NCBI GenBank assembly: GCA_051745145.1
Contig: JBNJDT010000002.1
Coordinates: 32,602-96,601 of the forward strand
DNA from: Elusimicrobiota bacterium
GTDB lineage: Bacteria > CG03 > SLGR01 > JAGXOG01
Direction of reading: 5' to 3'
DNA length: 64,000 nucleotides
Within the stretch, counting starts at the first letter, position 1; every line of letters begins with the position of its first letter. A program made the translations under genes and the position numbers. Positions 63,202 through 64,000 of the stretch are shown here, piece by piece. Under the pieces are notes generated by a model, which had not been told where the DNA came from, did not search any database, and was given only the letters and a program-made list of their open reading frames with translations.

Positions 63202-64000
63202 CAACTTATTTTTAACATTCTGTTTAAAGCCCGGGAGGCCTTCTCTATTACAGAGTCACTTATAGTTATCTGAGGAGCTAAATTATCTATACTTTCTTTT
63301 ACAGTCCGGAGAGTATTTTTTTTCATATTTTTACATACCGGACGGGGAAGTATGGGTATAAACTCTTTTTCCGGAAATTTGTTTTTAAGAGGATATATCA
63401 TCCCTTCCTCTGTCCCGACGATAATTTTCTGTCTGTCAGTTTTTTGGGCTATATCAAACATCCCCCCCGTAGAAGCTACGTAATCGGCAAGTTCTAAAAC
63501 TTCCGGACGGCATTCAGGATGAGCCATAAACAGAGCCCGGGGATTTTTCTTTTTTACCTCTTTTACCATATCCGGGGTTATTCCGTGGTGGACCGGACAG
63601 AACCCGTTCCACCGGATAATTTTTTTATCCACAATTTTATCCACGTAGTCGGCAAGATTTTTATCAGGGGTGAATATAACCTCGTCCGCATCCAGGGATT
63701 TTACCACATTAACGGCATTTGAAGATGTACAGCAGATATCACTTTTTGCTTTTATCCGGGCTGTAGTATTGACATAACTGACTACCGGAACCCCCGGATA
63801 TTTTTTCTTGAAATTTTCCAGTTCCTCCGGAATAATCATCTCTGCCATAGGACAGGTGGCGTCTTGTACAGGCAGTATCACTTTCTTATCCGGAGATAAA
63901 ATTTTAGCCGTTTGAGCCATAAAATCGACCCCGCAGAATACTATAACTTCCGCTTGAGTAGAAGCAGCTTCTCTGGATAAACCCAGGGAGTCTCCTGTAA
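63201..64000 (-). CDS. nadA: Quinolinate synthase (5' end outside the window)
   Basis: Frame open to window edge (GDSLGL...FCGVDFMA); CPMA, YVN, C.VH, HPEC, C.NM. Confidence 0.96.
   Translation of the reverse strand, partial: TGDSLGLSREAASTQAEVIVFCGVDFMAQTAKILSPDKKVILPVQDATCPMAEMIIPEELENFKKKYPGVPVVSYVNTTARIKAKSDICCTSSNAVNVVKSLDADEVIFTPDKNLADYVDKIVDKKIIRWNGFCPVHHGITPDMVKEVKKKNPRALFMAHPECRPEVLELADYVASTGGMFDIAQKTDRQKIIVGTEEGMIYPLKNKFPEKEFIPILPRPVCKNMKKNTLRTVKESIDNLAPQITISDSVIEKASRALNRMLKIS

Overview
AT-rich chromosomal segment from a diderm, probably anaerobic bacterium. Deep-branching 16S and gene order are compatible with Elusimicrobiota or a similar candidate lineage; this placement is an unverified inference. 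The left end is a minus-strand rRNA operon (promoter, 16S, tRNA-Ile, tRNA-Ala, 5' part of 23S). Almost all other genes are also on the minus strand and are housekeeping: mltG, thpR, cinA, thiC, gmhA/hldC, accC/accB-like, efp, aro genes, recN, NAD kinase, rsmD, nrdJ, rnhB, eno, rsmA, pdxA, SurA-like PPIases, apgM, trxB, suhB, uvrA, nadB/nadA. No transposase, integrase, prophage or CRISPR array was seen. The most notable observations are: (1) a TonB-dependent receptor + orphan periplasmic binding protein + kinase phosphorelay operon, a candidate trans-envelope signalling system; (2) a giant TPR protein + short outer-membrane barrel + ExbB/ExbD/TonB operon; (3) an AccB-like protein whose biotinylation lysine is replaced by Ser; (4) efp apparently starting at ATT; (5) a plus-strand PLP enzyme/MFS/cysteine desulfurase/DUF3343 block with an anomalous gene junction; (6) a perfect CRP-type box at class II spacing upstream of a degenerate tandem PilZ gene. 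All functional calls come from motif recognition only; no searches were run.
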